Shown piece after piece: positions 62,602 to 64,000 of a DNA stretch of 64,000 nt (position 1 is the first letter of the stretch; each line of letters begins with the position of its first letter). The stretch is from a virus (taxonomy: Duplodnaviria; Caudoviricetes). The notes beneath the pieces were generated by a model. It did no database searches. It saw only the letters and a program-made list of their open reading frames with translations, and was not told the origin of the DNA. Location: positions 767-64,766 of IMG/VR virus record IMGVR_UViG_3300034198_007771. One strand, 5' to 3'. Position numbers and translations under genes: made by a program.

Positions 62602-63536
62602 AGTGACCACCTATCGAGGTCTGACGAGTTTCCTTCGAACTGCTGGTACGACCGGGCGACAAATGCTTCGGACGATTCCAGTTGCAGGTCTGCAAGATCA
62701 GCTTTGATTTCCCGCGTGGGTACTCTCCGCTTCCGAGGTGGTAATTCTAACTGCTCGTCGACCGCTGTGAATAGATCTCTGTACGACTCTTGGAAAGCTG
62801 GCGGTACTGTGATCGTCACGTTCGACCGTGGTGAGGGACTTGCCACGGCCACGACAGTGTCTTTGTTTCGTACGCTCGCTGGTAGTCCTGCGATAGTGTC
62901 GAGCATTCTCGGTGTGGCTACCCGGGCCATGAAAGTTTCGGGTGCCATGACCTTGGCGTCACCGACGGCGAATGGTTGCGTTGGGGACGGCACGGCTTCG
63001 CGGCCGGGCTGACGCTCGGCGGGTCTGAGTCCTGCCGGGGCTCCCTGCTGCGGCTCTACGGGCCTCGGTGCTGCTGGTCGCTGAACTACAGTCTCGCCGG
63101 GACGAACGGCTGCGGGAGGTCCTTCTGTGGCTTCTGATGGCGAGACCCCGGCTGGCTTGCCGAACTCTTTGGCTGGTGTTACAGGTGAAGCAGCGGCACC
63201 AGTGTCACGGCTAGGCGTTGTGATGTTGACCGGCATACCAACTGTGGGTATGCCAGTGCGGGGATTAGCCGAGGCACCGACTACTGCATCCGAAGGTGTT
63301 GGACTGGCGGATGCTCCGGTGTCTACCGGCTTGAACTTCCACTGAGACGGAGTACCACTCGCTGTGTCACGCTGGGCTGGACGGGCATCCGGGACTGCAG
63401 GCCCCGCTGGAACAACCCCCTCCTGTGCAACACGTTCGATCGCTATCCGGTCGAGGAGTTCCCGTGGTCGGGTCATTGGTGGTTCTTCGGCCGGAGCTTC
63501 CGCCAGCAAACGGATCAAATCGGCGATCTCGTCCAT
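62598..63536 (-). CDS. Pro/Ala-rich low-complexity protein at the tape-measure position
   Basis: ORF between chaperone-like and distal-tail-like genes. Confidence 0.6.
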   Translation of the reverse strand: MDEIADLIRLLAEAPAEEPPMTRPRELLDRIAIERVAQEGVVPAGPAVPDARPAQRDTASGTPSQWKFKPVDTGASASPTPSDAVVGASANPRTGIPTVGMPVNITTPSRDTGAAASPVTPAKEFGKPAGVSPSEATEGPPAAVRPGETVVQRPAAPRPVEPQQGAPAGLRPAERQPGREAVPSPTQPFAVGDAKVMAPETFMARVATPRMLDTIAGLPASVRNKDTVVAVASPSPRSNVTITVPPAFQESYRDLFTAVDEQLELPPRKRRVPTREIKADLADLQLESSEAFVARSYQQFEGNSSDLDRWSL

Positions 63537-64000
63537 AGTCGACAATCCAATCCAACAGCTTTTTGTTTCTCAGGAAGATAGGGTCAAACGACATCGTACC
63601 CGGGTTGTCACGGTACGTCCAGTAGTGCCTCCAGCATCTGGCCCATCTGTCCTCAGACAGGCCGAGCGGGTCGGCCCAGTGGCGTTTGACACAGCCTGAC
63701 TGTGTCTCGCAAGGGAGCCGTGTCCCACGAGGTAGAGGCGTGGGTTGCCCGCTCGGCCCGATGTAGATCGTACCCTTCTCATGATCGACACACCATTCAC
63801 GGCATGTCGAGCACGGCAGTTCGCTCAGCCCGGGGTTCAACACGACATGCAGATATACAGAGTCGTGCAGATCCTGAAAGTCCTGTTCTTCTTCTTTTGA
63901 AGTGTAGCCCAGCACAACCTGGATGACCTCAGCTTTGTGTTGCTCGAAGTCAGATACGGAACTCTCGACGTAATTGCTGTAGAGGTGGCCTGCCTGCTCG
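63367..64000 (-). CDS. Putative tail assembly chaperone, 5'-truncated by window edge
   Basis: Frame is open to 64000 (EQAGHLYSNYVESS...); CxxC and C-x4-C motifs. Confidence 0.45.
   Translation of the reverse strand, partial: EQAGHLYSNYVESSVSDFEQHKAEVIQVVLGYTSKEEEQDFQDLHDSVYLHVVLNPGLSELPCSTCREWCVDHEKGTIYIGPSGQPTPLPRGTRLPCETQSGCVKRHWADPLGLSEDRWARCWRHYWTYRDNPGTMSFDPIFLRNKKLLDWIVDYGRDRRFDPFAGGSSGRRTTNDPTTGTPRPDSDRTCCTGGGCSSGACSPGCPSSPA

Overview
The window is almost certainly most of a circularly permuted tailed-phage genome. The left edge truncates a tail-tube-like gene and the right edge truncates a tail-chaperone-like gene on the same strand. A Planctomycetota host is inferred from gene style only. 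Modules: (i) head and packaging genes (- strand, 1-14.6 kb): portal, TerL with a LAGLIDADG intein, GIY-YIG endonuclease, capsid, scaffold; (ii) Xis-like HTH, an unusual serine recombinase with two tandem catalytic domains, a Prim-Pol/DUF3987 primase-helicase and an iteron-rich candidate origin; (iii) a + strand nucleotide-hydrolase and accessory operon (21-27 kb); (iv) a ~1.3 kb inverted-repeat-rich non-coding region; (v) a divergent early region (29-36.8 kb) of small acidic genes; (vi) a PolA/SNF2/VRR-NUC/SSB/DUF2800 replication operon; (vii) tail, internal virion and putative lysis genes. The most striking unexplained structure is in the early region. Seven copies of a 16-bp motif (TAGCAGGTYNNRMCCG) point outward from the divergence point, and four of them supply the stop codon of the upstream gene and are followed by a covarying UGCG-tetraloop RNA hairpin and an RBS. 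Two of the copies flank a gene for a sigma-region-2-only protein. Other leads: the double serine recombinase with a candidate 16-bp inverted-repeat substrate; a shared N-terminal domain on two putative ejected proteins, one carrying GNAT-like and ART-like cargo; and a putative lysis cassette with a papain-like protease and a CxxC lipoprotein but no recognisable endolysin. All family assignments are by eye from motifs; no searches were run.
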